Source: Bacilli bacterium
GTDB lineage: Bacteria > Bacillota_I > Bacilli_A > RFN20 > CAG-826
Direction: 5' to 3'
DNA length: 43,056 nt
Assembly: GCA_041669225.1 (NCBI GenBank)
Contig: JBAYBO010000002.1
Span: forward strand, 1 to 43,056
Positions 8,923-17,582 of this stretch are shown piece by piece (the stretch's first letter is position 1; the number at the start of each line of letters is the position of its first letter). A program made the translations under genes and the position numbers. The notes beneath the pieces are model-generated. The model ran no database searches, was not told the DNA's origin, and saw nothing but the letters and a program-made list of their open reading frames with translations.

Positions 8923-9420
8923 CTAGTAATTGTTATTTTGCCGTTGGTAGTTAACGTCGAGTTTGGCTTTATAAGCGTCAATAACTTCTTCGACGTCGAA
9001 ACCGAGGCTGGGAATAAGGTTTAAAAATAATTGATAAGCATTAGTATAGTGCGCAAGGTCATAGCTTTCAACAAGTTCGACTGTAGCTTGATAAAGAAGA
9101 TGAAATTGCCTAGTAAGAGACAACTCACTTTTTACGATTTCATAACTCGTCTTTTTGACATCCAATGGGATGCCTAAAGAGAGTAGAAAGTGCATGCCGT
9201 CGGCGTATTCATCAAGCAACACCGCCCGAGGTGAGGGTCCTTTATTAGACCAATACTTAAAGCATCTTGTTTCATTGGCGAGTTCGCCGATTTCGACAAT
9301 TAGTGCCATCAAGCGGTCATCTTTAGTTTTCTTATAAGATGTTTGATGATTGCTCGCTATACGAGCATCCAGCCCACTTTGGAGTTTATATAGTTCTTTT
9401 AATTCAATTGTGTTCTTCAT
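8923..9420 (-). CDS. Dimeric (all-alpha) dUTPase-like NTP pyrophosphohydrolase
   Basis: 165 aa. ...ALIVEIGELANETRCFKYWS...LDEYADGMHFLLSLG... resembles the dUTPase_2 family. Its ATG overlaps the glgP TGA stop (ATGA). Confidence 0.6.
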   Translation of the reverse strand: MKNTIELKELYKLQSGLDARIASNHQTSYKKTKDDRLMALIVEIGELANETRCFKYWSNKGPSPRAVLLDEYADGMHFLLSLGIPLDVKKTSYEIVKSELSLTRQFHLLYQATVELVESYDLAHYTNAYQLFLNLIPSLGFDVEEVIDAYKAKLDVNYQRQNNNY

Positions 9421-11825
9421 ATTTTTAGCTTCTTTAAATGCCAGATGTCCTGGACATATTGTTCAATCGTTCGGTCGCTAGTAAAGAAACCTGAATTAGC
9501 AATGTTAATAATTTGTGTACGAGCAAAGTTGCGTCGATCAAGATAAAGTTTTTCCATCTTTTCTTGAGCTTCGACATAAGCGGCAAAATCCTTCAAAATG
9601 AAGTAAGAGTCATTCCGATGCATGATTTCATCGAAAATCATCTGATACTTCTCGTCTTTTCCAAACGTCCACGGACCATGAAATAACGAATCGATGACAT
9701 TTTTGACGCGCTCATCGGAATTGTAAATATCCCAAGGATTGTAATCACCACGTTCATAATGGCTTTCGACTTCTTCGGCCTTCAGTCAAAAAATAACGCA
9801 ATGATCAGGTCCGACTAAGTCAGCAATTTCAACATTCGCACCATCAAGCGTGCCAAGGGTAATCGCGCCGTTCATCATAAACTTCATATTGCCGGTGCCG
9901 CTTGCTTCTTTTCCGGCCGTCGAAATCTGTTCGCTAATTTCACTGGCCGGAATTATTTTTTCGGCCGAAGACACGCCGTAATTTTCAACAAAAACAACTT
10001 TGATAAATTTCGAGACGCGCGGATCGCGGTCAATAATGTCCGCCACCGCCAAAATCAATTCGATAATCTTTTTGGCATAATCATAACTTGGGGCGGCCTT
10101 TGCACCAAATATAAACGTTCTGGGAAAGATGCTAAATGAAGGATCTTCCTTTAAGCGCTGATAAAGATACATGATATGGAAAATATTCATTAACTGGCGT
10201 TTATAGGCGTGTAAACGTTTGATTTGCACATCAAAGATTGAATCGACATCCAAATCAATATTTTGTTTCTTCTTCATATATGAAGCAAAAGCTACTTTGT
10301 TATTGTTTTTAATTCGTAAAATCGCGTCTTGAACTTTCTTATCGTCCTTATATTGTTCGAAGTTCTTAATTAAACTAAAGTCCTTTTTCCAGCCATCACC
10401 GATTTTACTTGTGATTAAAGCGGACAGTTCAGGATTTGAATACATCAGCCAGCGACGATGGGTCACACCATTTGTCTTGTTATTAAACTTATGTGGATAT
10501 AATTCATAGAAATCACGAAAAGTGTCACGTTTTAAAATCTCAGTATGAAGTTTGGCGACCCCATTGACGGAATAGGAGGCGTGAATGGCCAAATTCGTCA
10601 TGTGAATTTGTCCGTCTTTAATAATTTGCATCGCGTACCGTTTGCCGTAATCGATGCTTTTCTCCGCCATTTCAATATTGAAACGACGGCTGATTTCTTC
10701 AATGATCATGAAACAGCGAGGCAAAAGTCTTTGAACATATTGAATTGGCCATTTTTCTAAGGCTTCAGCCATGACGGTATGGTTCGTATAAGCGAATGAT
10801 TTTTGTACCTGACGCCAGGCCTCGTCCCACTCGTATTCATATTCATCAATTAACAAGCGCATCATTTCCGGAATCGCCAAAATCGGATGTGTATCATTTA
10901 ATTGAAAGACGTGTTGATTGGCAAAATTGTCCAGGGTGCCAAAACGACGGAAGTGCCCACGCATCGCGCTTTGCAAGCCGGCGCTTACCAGGAAATATTG
11001 TTGTCTTAATCTCAAAATGCGTCCTTGTTCGGTCGAATCATCCGGATAAAGACCATGGCATAATTCCTTAAGAGTTATTAGATATTGTTCAAAGTCTTGA
11101 CTCTTCGGTAAATTTTCAAGACTTGGCTCAGCCGACCATAGACGAAGAGTGTTTGCCACGTTATTGCGATAGCCGACTAAGGAAACATCGTAAGGCATAG
11201 CCTTAACTGATACCGCATTAGCAGTTCTGATGCCAAACTGACCATTTTTCTTTAGATACGTTTCGGCATTGCCGTAAAACTTCACTTCGACAGCATGTTT
11301 AGGCTTTCTGACTTCGAAAACATAGCCATTAGAAAGCCAATGATCAGGCATTTCGATTTGTTTGTTGTTGCGAATAGCCTGACGAAAGAAGCCGTATTCG
11401 TAACGAATGCAGTTTCCGTGTCCGGCATAACCAAGTGAGGACAGAGAGTCCATAAAACAGGCGGCGAGGCGACCGAGACCACCATTGCCTAAACCGGCGT
11501 CATGCTCTTGGTCTTCTAATTCGCGAATATCGATACCAAAGTCTTTTAAACCTTGTTCGGCAATCTCATAAATGCCAAGATTCATCATATTGCTATGCAT
11601 TAATTTTCCAATCAGAAACTCCATTGAAAAATAAATGAGTTGCTTCTCTTTATTCTTTAAAACGTACTCGCGGGTTTGTCGCCAGTAATTACCAGCATAA
11701 TCGCGAACTAATTCTCCGAGTATGTCGTAGCGTTCGCTAATATGAGAGTCTTTGACATTCTTGCCATATTTTTCAGATAAACGTTTTGAAAATTCATCTT
11801 TAAATTCTGCTTTATTCTTAAACAT
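9417..11825 (-). pseudogene. glgP: Glycogen/maltodextrin phosphorylase reading frame interrupted by a single in-frame TGA (9788..9786)
   Basis: The track ORFs at 9786..11825 (679 aa) and 9417..9641 are in the same frame, since 9788-9641=147. The PLP site EASGTGNMKF lies upstream of the stop. The C-terminal ...GFFTSDRTIEQYVQDIW lies downstream. Without the stop the product would be about 802 aa. Confidence 0.85.
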
Positions 11826-11834
11826 ATTTCTCCT

Positions 11835-13688
11835 TTATTGTTTACTCTTGCGATATTTGAAAATCAGTGCTCCAAATGAAGCTATCTTTATTTTTATGTG
11901 ATGCGGGCGATTAAACGGACCAAATGGTTCGCTCGCAACTGGTAATCCATTATACTGGTTCGCGCCGCCATACACATCTTTATCGCTATTAAAAATTTCT
12001 TCGTAAATACCTTCTTCGTTAACGCCTAGTTCGAAATCACCAAAATAGTTAGGCGTCATATTATAGACAAAAACTAAACGTGAATCATCAACAAAGCGCT
12101 CAAAAGCATAGATTGATTGATCAGCGTTATCGGCCATTAGCCACAAGAAATGATTTGGGTTGTATTCCTGGATTTTCATGGCCTTTTCATATGTGTAAAT
12201 CAAATTCAAATCGCGAATTAAACGAGTAATTGAATCGTGCTTGGGGAAGGTTCGTAAATTCCATGGAAGTGATTTATTCTCGTTCCACTCGTCAAAAGAG
12301 GCGAGCTCGTTACCCATAAAATTGAGTTTTTTGCCAGGATGTCCAAATTGATAGGCATATAGATTACGAAGCAAGGCGAATTTTTGCTCATAGTCGCCCC
12401 AGAGTTTATTGATAATCGTCCCTTTGCCGTGAACGACTTCGTCGTGAGAAAGTGGAAGCAAGAAGTTTTCGCTAAAGAAATACGCCATCGAAAACGTCAA
12501 TTTGTTATGTTCATATTTCTTATAAATCGGGTCTTTAGAATAATATTTTAATGTGTCGTTCATCCATCCCAGATCCCATTTATAATCAAAACCGAGACCA
12601 CCGAATTCAATCGGTTTAGTCACACCTAAATAATCACTGCTGTCTTCGGCGATGATCATCAGACTTGAATGTTCACCGTGAAGCAAGGTGTTCAAACGTT
12701 TTAAAAACTCGACACCACCGCTATTTTCGCCTTTGCTTTTATTTCCGTCATAATAAATGACGTTACTGACAGCATCGATGCGCAAGCCATCAAAATGAAA
12801 ATAAGCGGCGAAGTAACTCATGGCGGAAATAAGAAAGGAACGAACCGGATCTTTTCCTAAATCAAAAAGGAGGCTACCCCACTGTGAATAACGATATTTT
12901 ATATCGGTGTATTCATATAAATAAGCCCCATCAAAATCCGCTAATGCGAATTCGTCTTTGGCGAAATGAACGGGGGCAAAATCAAGGATGACACCGATTC
13001 CGGCTTGATGCATGCGATCGACGAACGACATTAACTGCTTCGGATTTCCATAACGGGAATCAACCGAATAAAAACCAGTTCCCTGATAACCCCATGAGCC
13101 ATCAAAGGGATATTGAATAATCGGCATGATTTCGACATGGGTATATCCGAGTTCTTTAACATAAGGAATCAAATAGTCAGCAATTTCTTCATAACTCAGG
13201 TTGCGGTTATCGACCTTGCCCTTCCACGAACCAAGGTGTATTTCATATATTGACATCGGATCATCAAAACAACGCGTCCGGTTTTTCATGAATGAAGAAT
13301 CGTGCCAGATGAAGTTTTCGATATCGAAAAGACGCGAGCAAGTCGCGGGACGGTATTCACTATAAAAAGCAAAGGGATCGGCTTTATCAACATATTGTCC
13401 CTTCGCATTGCGAAAATGATATTTATATGATTCATATTCATTGAGGCTGGGAATAAAAATTTCCCATACTCCGACTAAATCGATTTTATTCATTTTGTGG
13501 GCAGCGACATCCCAGTTGTTAAACGATCCAACGACACTAACGTCTTCGGCTAAAGGAGCGTATAAGCGAAACATAACACCTTGTTGCTTTTTGCCTTTGA
13601 CTTCTAAAGCAAGAAAATGAGCTCCGAAATACTCGTAAGCTCTGGTAGTGTTTCCAATCAGGAAATCATGAAGTAATCCATAAGGCAT
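11835..13688 (-). CDS. glgB: 1,4-alpha-glucan branching enzyme
   Basis: 617 aa. GH13 motifs (GVILDFAPVHF, DGLRIDAVS, IAEDSS, LSHDEVVHGK). Confidence 0.93.
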   Translation of the reverse strand: MPYGLLHDFLIGNTTRAYEYFGAHFLALEVKGKKQQGVMFRLYAPLAEDVSVVGSFNNWDVAAHKMNKIDLVGVWEIFIPSLNEYESYKYHFRNAKGQYVDKADPFAFYSEYRPATCSRLFDIENFIWHDSSFMKNRTRCFDDPMSIYEIHLGSWKGKVDNRNLSYEEIADYLIPYVKELGYTHVEIMPIIQYPFDGSWGYQGTGFYSVDSRYGNPKQLMSFVDRMHQAGIGVILDFAPVHFAKDEFALADFDGAYLYEYTDIKYRYSQWGSLLFDLGKDPVRSFLISAMSYFAAYFHFDGLRIDAVSNVIYYDGNKSKGENSGGVEFLKRLNTLLHGEHSSLMIIAEDSSDYLGVTKPIEFGGLGFDYKWDLGWMNDTLKYYSKDPIYKKYEHNKLTFSMAYFFSENFLLPLSHDEVVHGKGTIINKLWGDYEQKFALLRNLYAYQFGHPGKKLNFMGNELASFDEWNENKSLPWNLRTFPKHDSITRLIRDLNLIYTYEKAMKIQEYNPNHFLWLMADNADQSIYAFERFVDDSRLVFVYNMTPNYFGDFELGVNEEGIYEEIFNSDKDVYGGANQYNGLPVASEPFGPFNRPHHIKIKIASFGALIFKYRKSKQ

Positions 13689-13712
13689 GTTTTCGTCCTG
13701 CTTTCAAAGATA

Positions 13713-13741
13713 ATTATAAGGGCGCGCGAAGTCTTTAACAA
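13713..13741 (-). promoter_or_regulatory. Candidate promoter for glgB
   Basis: Minus strand: TTGTTA (13741..13736), a 17-nt spacer, then TATAAT (13718..13713). Confidence 0.4.
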
Positions 13742-13763
13742 ATATGTTTTATCAAATATGCAA

Positions 13764-13792
13764 TTGAATTAATAATAACGTATGATTATAAT
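13764..13792 (+). promoter_or_regulatory. Candidate promoter for ackA
   Basis: TTGAAT (13764-13769), a 17-nt spacer, then TATAAT (13787-13792), 27 nt upstream of the ATG. Confidence 0.5.
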
Positions 13793-13818
13793 TGCGATGA
13801 TTGATAAGAGGTTAGTTC

Positions 13819-15012
13819 ATGGAAAAAATATTAGTAGTTAATGCCGGTAGTTCAAGTCTAAAATATAAACTTTACGAAATGCCGGAAGAAGAAGTTATTT
13901 GTTCGGGCATTGCCGAACGCATTGGTCACGATGATGCGATTTTTCGTCTCAAATTTAATGGCACTTCATTAAAAACAATTTTACCAATCAACGATCACAC
14001 TAAAGCCGTTGAATTGCTTTTAGATGCTTTAATCGTTCACAAAGTGATTAAAGATTTAAATGATATTAAAGCTGTCGGCCATCGCGTGGTGCAAGGCGGC
14101 AAATATTTCTCAAAAAGCGTTTTCTTCGATGATGATACGATTGACAAAGTCGAATCTTTAATCGAACTCGCTCCGCTTCATAACGGGCCGCATTTAATCG
14201 GTGTCCGGGCTTTTAAAAATGTTTTGCCTCACATTCCTAACGTCGCGACGTTTGACACGGCTTTTCATCGCAGTATGGCTGAAGTCGACTCTGTTTTTCC
14301 AATCCCTTATGAATTAACCCAAAAATATGACATTCGTCGCTATGGAGCACACGGAACTTCCCATCAATATCTTGATCAAGAAGGTCGTAAGTTTATCCCT
14401 GATGTCAAACACCCAAGAGTAATTACATGTCACATTGGCTCCGGGGCTTCAATCGCCGCCATCAAAGATGGAAAATGCGTGGCAACATCAATGGGTTTGA
14501 CTCCTTTAGGTGGAATTATGATGGGCACTCGCACTGGAGATATTGATCCCTCAGTTGTATACTATTTATGTAAAAAATTAAATAAAAATATTGATGAAGT
14601 TTATGAAATTTTGAATAAAAAATCTGGGCTGTTGGGCGTCTCAGGCGTTTCGAACGATTCCCGTGATGTTTTAAAGGCGATGGAAAACGGAAATGAACGC
14701 GCTGTTTTAGCTGATCAACTCTTCAACCGACGCATCGCCGATTACATTGGTCAGTACTTTGTCCGTCTCGGCGGAGCAGACTTAATCATTTTTTCAGCCG
14801 GCATCGGTGAAAACTCTGCTTACTTCCGCAAAAAAGTAATTGAAGAAATCGAGTCTGCTCTCGGCGTGAAAATCGATGAAACAATTAATGAAAACTCACG
14901 TGCTGTGTCCATTCTTCTCTCCACGCCTGAAAGTAAGATAAAAGTAGCTCTCATCCCTACGGATGAAGAGGTGATGATTGCTCGTGATACATATCATTTA
15001 ATTACGAAATAG
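13819..15012 (+). CDS. ackA: Acetate kinase
   Basis: 397 aa. ILVVNAGSSSLKYKL, VGHRVVQGG, RRYGAHGTSH and SAGIGENS motifs. Confidence 0.96.
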   Translation: MEKILVVNAGSSSLKYKLYEMPEEEVICSGIAERIGHDDAIFRLKFNGTSLKTILPINDHTKAVELLLDALIVHKVIKDLNDIKAVGHRVVQGGKYFSKSVFFDDDTIDKVESLIELAPLHNGPHLIGVRAFKNVLPHIPNVATFDTAFHRSMAEVDSVFPIPYELTQKYDIRRYGAHGTSHQYLDQEGRKFIPDVKHPRVITCHIGSGASIAAIKDGKCVATSMGLTPLGGIMMGTRTGDIDPSVVYYLCKKLNKNIDEVYEILNKKSGLLGVSGVSNDSRDVLKAMENGNERAVLADQLFNRRIADYIGQYFVRLGGADLIIFSAGIGENSAYFRKKVIEEIESALGVKIDETINENSRAVSILLSTPESKIKVALIPTDEEVMIARDTYHLITK

Positions 15013-15094
15013 CAGTTTAGTCTTATTACTTAGTAATACAAATGACATAAAACCGCTTTCATGATTATTATCATCCTCTTGATATCATTTATTG

Positions 15095-15123
15095 TTGACA
15101 AGTTGTTTTAACAAAACTACTAT
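15095..15123 (+). promoter_or_regulatory. Candidate promoter for the lipoprotein gene
   Basis: TTGACA (15095-15100), a 17-nt spacer, then TACTAT (15118-15123). Confidence 0.5.
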
Positions 15124-15160
15124 AAAAACAATTTTAATTTACAACGAAAGGAGAATTGTA

Positions 15161-16375
15161 ATGAAATTTAAAAATTTACTACCAGTCACATTGCTTGCTG
15201 TTTTTGCTCTTGCGGCCTGTGGACCGACCGACACTTCTAGTGCAGGCGGATCGACCGACGCTTCTAGTGCAGACGATAGTTCAAGTAATCCTTCTTCAGA
15301 AGAAGAAGTACCTAATCTAGGTGATTTCGTTGACGGACTTGCCGTTGGTGAAGTTGCCGAACCTCTCGCCGCGATCGAGGAAATCGCTGGTTTACTTCCA
15401 GCCGCTGACGGATTAGTCAATCGTGCCGTTCAAGAATTCCGCGATTATTGGTCAACTGGGATGTCTGACCCCGCAAACGATGACTTTGCCTATGAAGATT
15501 ATGCCGTTTATGATGTCAAACGTTATGACAACGATGTTTTATCTGTCGAGCTTGATTATCAAAGGATGGCACCAGAATATGATCCCCTAACACAGTCTTA
15601 TGGGGCATGGCCGGCAGAATTCTCGCCATACTACACTGCCGAAGCTTATCTTTTTGAGGATGCCAGCAATCTCAATTACGTCTATGAAGAAGACGGAGAC
15701 CCAGATAATCCTTACAGCTTTGCTGTTTCAACCGCCAAAGATAGCGAACTTCTCGAAGGCTATCTAAATACAATCGGTTCTTCAAGCGATATTCTTTATG
15801 GTCTTGCTTTAGCTGATGAGGCTTATAGTTACTACTTACCATCATTTGCCGCGGACGGATTTAACTATGTTGCGACTTCCGCTTCTGTTGAAAAAGTTGC
15901 CGCTGATGGTGAAGTTCCGGCCCACGCCGTCGTTAGCTATAACACTCACCTTGGTTACTACCTCTCCGCTGAATTAGCTTGGGGGTCTAGCTATGCAGGT
16001 ATCTTTGTCGAACGTTATTACAACTGGGGCGTTGATTTCATTATCGCCGACGGTTTTGTTCAATACGCCTATCTTGACGTTGGCTCAATGATGCAAGCCG
16101 AATATGTTGATTCTTCCGCTGCTCCTGTCACGCCAGTCGTAGCAGAATCACCTTGGTTAACCAATGAAGAATGGGCTACCTATGTTACCGACGTTGCAAC
16201 CGTTGCTTTAGATGTAGTTGGTTATGGAAGTTACTACACCTTCTACGAAACAGAATATTCTGATGTTTCGAACGGTGAATTCGCTGCCGCCAACTTACCT
16301 GTAATTGCTAACTATCGTGAAGGCGATTTGAGTGACGCTGGTTTGTGGATTAACATCGATCCTTTCCTTGCTTAA
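15161..16375 (+). CDS. Orphan, extremely acidic Tyr/Ala/Asp/Glu-rich lipoprotein of unknown function
   Basis: ATG at 15161 is preceded by AAAGGAGA. Signal peptide MKFKNLLPVTLLAVFALAAC has an L-A-A-C lipobox (Cys20), followed by a Ser/Asp/Glu-rich linker. I recognise no family. The upstream 23 codons of the track ORF lack an SD. Confidence 0.75.
   Translation: MKFKNLLPVTLLAVFALAACGPTDTSSAGGSTDASSADDSSSNPSSEEEVPNLGDFVDGLAVGEVAEPLAAIEEIAGLLPAADGLVNRAVQEFRDYWSTGMSDPANDDFAYEDYAVYDVKRYDNDVLSVELDYQRMAPEYDPLTQSYGAWPAEFSPYYTAEAYLFEDASNLNYVYEEDGDPDNPYSFAVSTAKDSELLEGYLNTIGSSSDILYGLALADEAYSYYLPSFAADGFNYVATSASVEKVAADGEVPAHAVVSYNTHLGYYLSAELAWGSSYAGIFVERYYNWGVDFIIADGFVQYAYLDVGSMMQAEYVDSSAAPVTPVVAESPWLTNEEWATYVTDVATVALDVVGYGSYYTFYETEYSDVSNGEFAAANLPVIANYREGDLSDAGLWINIDPFLA
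15225..15278 (+). repeat. Imperfect tandem duplication, 2 x 27 bp, encoding the (P/S)TD(T/A)SSA(G/D)(G/D) linker
   Basis: cgaccgacacttctagtgcaggcggat is followed directly by cgaccgacgcttctagtgcagacgata. By my count 22 of 27 positions are identical. Confidence 0.7.
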
Positions 16376-16401
16376 TCGAAAAACTCATCAAAAAAAATAA
16401 A

Positions 16402-16428
16402 AGCGATTCGCAAGAGTCGCTTTTTTTC
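16402..16428 (+). terminator. Rho-independent terminator after the lipoprotein gene
   Basis: AGCGATTC-gcaa-GAGTCGCT (8-bp stem, GNRA loop) followed by T7. Confidence 0.8.
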
Positions 16429-16497
16429 TTGCGCTTTTCTTTTATAAACAGCACTTATCATTTACTATATAGACGTACATATTAAAGGAGAAAATAT

Positions 16498-17499
16498 ATG
16501 CCATCAAAAATTGATGCGATTATTTTAGAAGAAGCTAAAGCTTATAAAAAAGAACACAATCGCATAATCAAAAACATTATTAAGTTCGACCGTATCGCTA
16601 TCTTCCGTCACATCATGCCGGATTTTGACGCGATGGGCACCCAAATGGGACTTTACACTTGGATTAAAGACAATTTTCCAAATAAAGAAATTCGCTTTTT
16701 AGGTGATAATCATGTCACTTTTACGCCCAGACTATTCCCGGAAACCGAAAGGTTAAATGATGATTGGTTCAAAGAACCATTCTTAGCAATCATTATCGAT
16801 ACCGCTAACACATCCCGCATTGCGGATCCCCGCTGGAAAAGAGCTAAATACAAAATCAAAATTGACCATCACCCTGATGTTGAAGATTTCGGTAAGACAA
16901 GCATCGTTAATACTTCGATGGCGGCCGCCAGCGAAGTCGTCGTTAACATGCTGTTGTCAGTCAAGGGCGACTACGTTATGAGTAAACAAGCCGCTTCTTA
17001 TTTCTATATTGCATTAGCTGGTGATTCGGGACGTTTCCAATATAATTCTACGACCCCTCATACTTTCGCCATCGCTAAAGAGTTATTAAAAACCGGTTTT
17101 GTCTTAAGTGACATCTATAAAAAGATGTATTTTAAAAAGATTGAAGATCTCCGTGTCACCGCTTATGTCCTTAACAACTTCCGTGTCAGTGAGCACGGAG
17201 TCGCTTACTATGTCTTAAGTGACGCCATTCAAAAGGAACTTAGCATCACGAGCGAAAGAGGCAAGGAAAACGTTAATATCTTTTCAAATATTGATGGGAT
17301 TAATGTCTGGTGCTCGATTACTGAAGATGCAAAAGATAATTGCTATCGCGTCTCAATCCGCAGTAAGGAAAGATCAATTAACCAAGTCGCTGCTAAATAC
17401 GAAGGCGGAGGTCACGCCCAAGCTTCAGGGGCCAAACTTCAGAGTCTCGATGTCTTAGAGGCGTTTATTAAAGATCTCGATGATTTATTTGTTGAATAA
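16498..17499 (+). CDS. nrnA: DHH/DHHA1 phosphoesterase, NrnA-like oligoribonuclease/pAp phosphatase
   Basis: 333 aa. FRHIMPDFDAMGT, IIIDTAN, DHHP and GGGHAQASGA motifs. GGAG lies 7 nt upstream of the start. Confidence 0.8.
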   Translation: MPSKIDAIILEEAKAYKKEHNRIIKNIIKFDRIAIFRHIMPDFDAMGTQMGLYTWIKDNFPNKEIRFLGDNHVTFTPRLFPETERLNDDWFKEPFLAIIIDTANTSRIADPRWKRAKYKIKIDHHPDVEDFGKTSIVNTSMAAASEVVVNMLLSVKGDYVMSKQAASYFYIALAGDSGRFQYNSTTPHTFAIAKELLKTGFVLSDIYKKMYFKKIEDLRVTAYVLNNFRVSEHGVAYYVLSDAIQKELSITSERGKENVNIFSNIDGINVWCSITEDAKDNCYRVSIRSKERSINQVAAKYEGGGHAQASGAKLQSLDVLEAFIKDLDDLFVE

Positions 17500-17518
17500 C
17501 TGAATATGCAATTTTAAA

Positions 17519-17548
17519 AAGGTGTCGTTAAACGATACCTTTTTATTT
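17519..17548 (+). terminator. Rho-independent terminator after nrnA
   Basis: aAGGTGTCGTtaaACGATACCTttttatttt. Confidence 0.75.
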
Positions 17549-17582
17549 TAAATAACCTCTTCTTTTTGCTAAAATGTATTAT

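Noticed and set aside
9786-9788. Could the in-frame TGA in glgP mean an alternative genetic code (TGA=Trp as in Mycoplasma code 4, TGA=Gly as in code 25) or selenocysteine?
   Set aside because: All other long ORFs (pheT 799 aa, dnaE about 1015 aa, polA 864 aa and others) contain no internal TGA under the standard code. TGA also ends four genes: 6566, 9417, 28876 and 33602. The aligned family residue is Gly, not Cys/Sec, and I see no SECIS-like hairpin immediately downstream. A point nonsense mutation, a sequencing error or low-level read-through are simpler explanations.
15028-15042. A perfect short palindrome, TATTACT-t-AGTAATA, lies just after ackA and could be a terminator or operator.
   Set aside because: The loop is only 1 nt, the stem is AT-only and there is no T-run, so it is unlikely to be an intrinsic terminator. 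No partner regulator is evident.
15092-15160. Several track ORFs have upstream in-frame extensions: lipoprotein 15092, rpmI 31741, ezrA 36525, the ccpA-like gene 39803, mraZ GTG 1416 and dnaE 17574.
   Set aside because: In each case a downstream start has a properly spaced SD and/or restores the conserved family N-terminus. Examples are the signal peptide MKFKN..., MPKMKSK..., the TM helix, the HTH, MFFGSY... and MSFIPLHVH.... The extensions overlap promoters or upstream genes.
15139-15420. Many 60-93-aa ORFs in the track lie antisense to or nested within strong homologous CDSs. Examples: 64-246, 359-583, 3397-3591, 4006-4236, 10796-11071, 15139-15420, 17958-18298, 24241-24490, 25847-26111, 35435-35659, 39162-39359.
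   Set aside because: Each lies wholly inside a confidently identified gene on the other strand or in another frame. They have no SD and show low-complexity or composition-driven sequence. They are treated as non-coding shadow ORFs.
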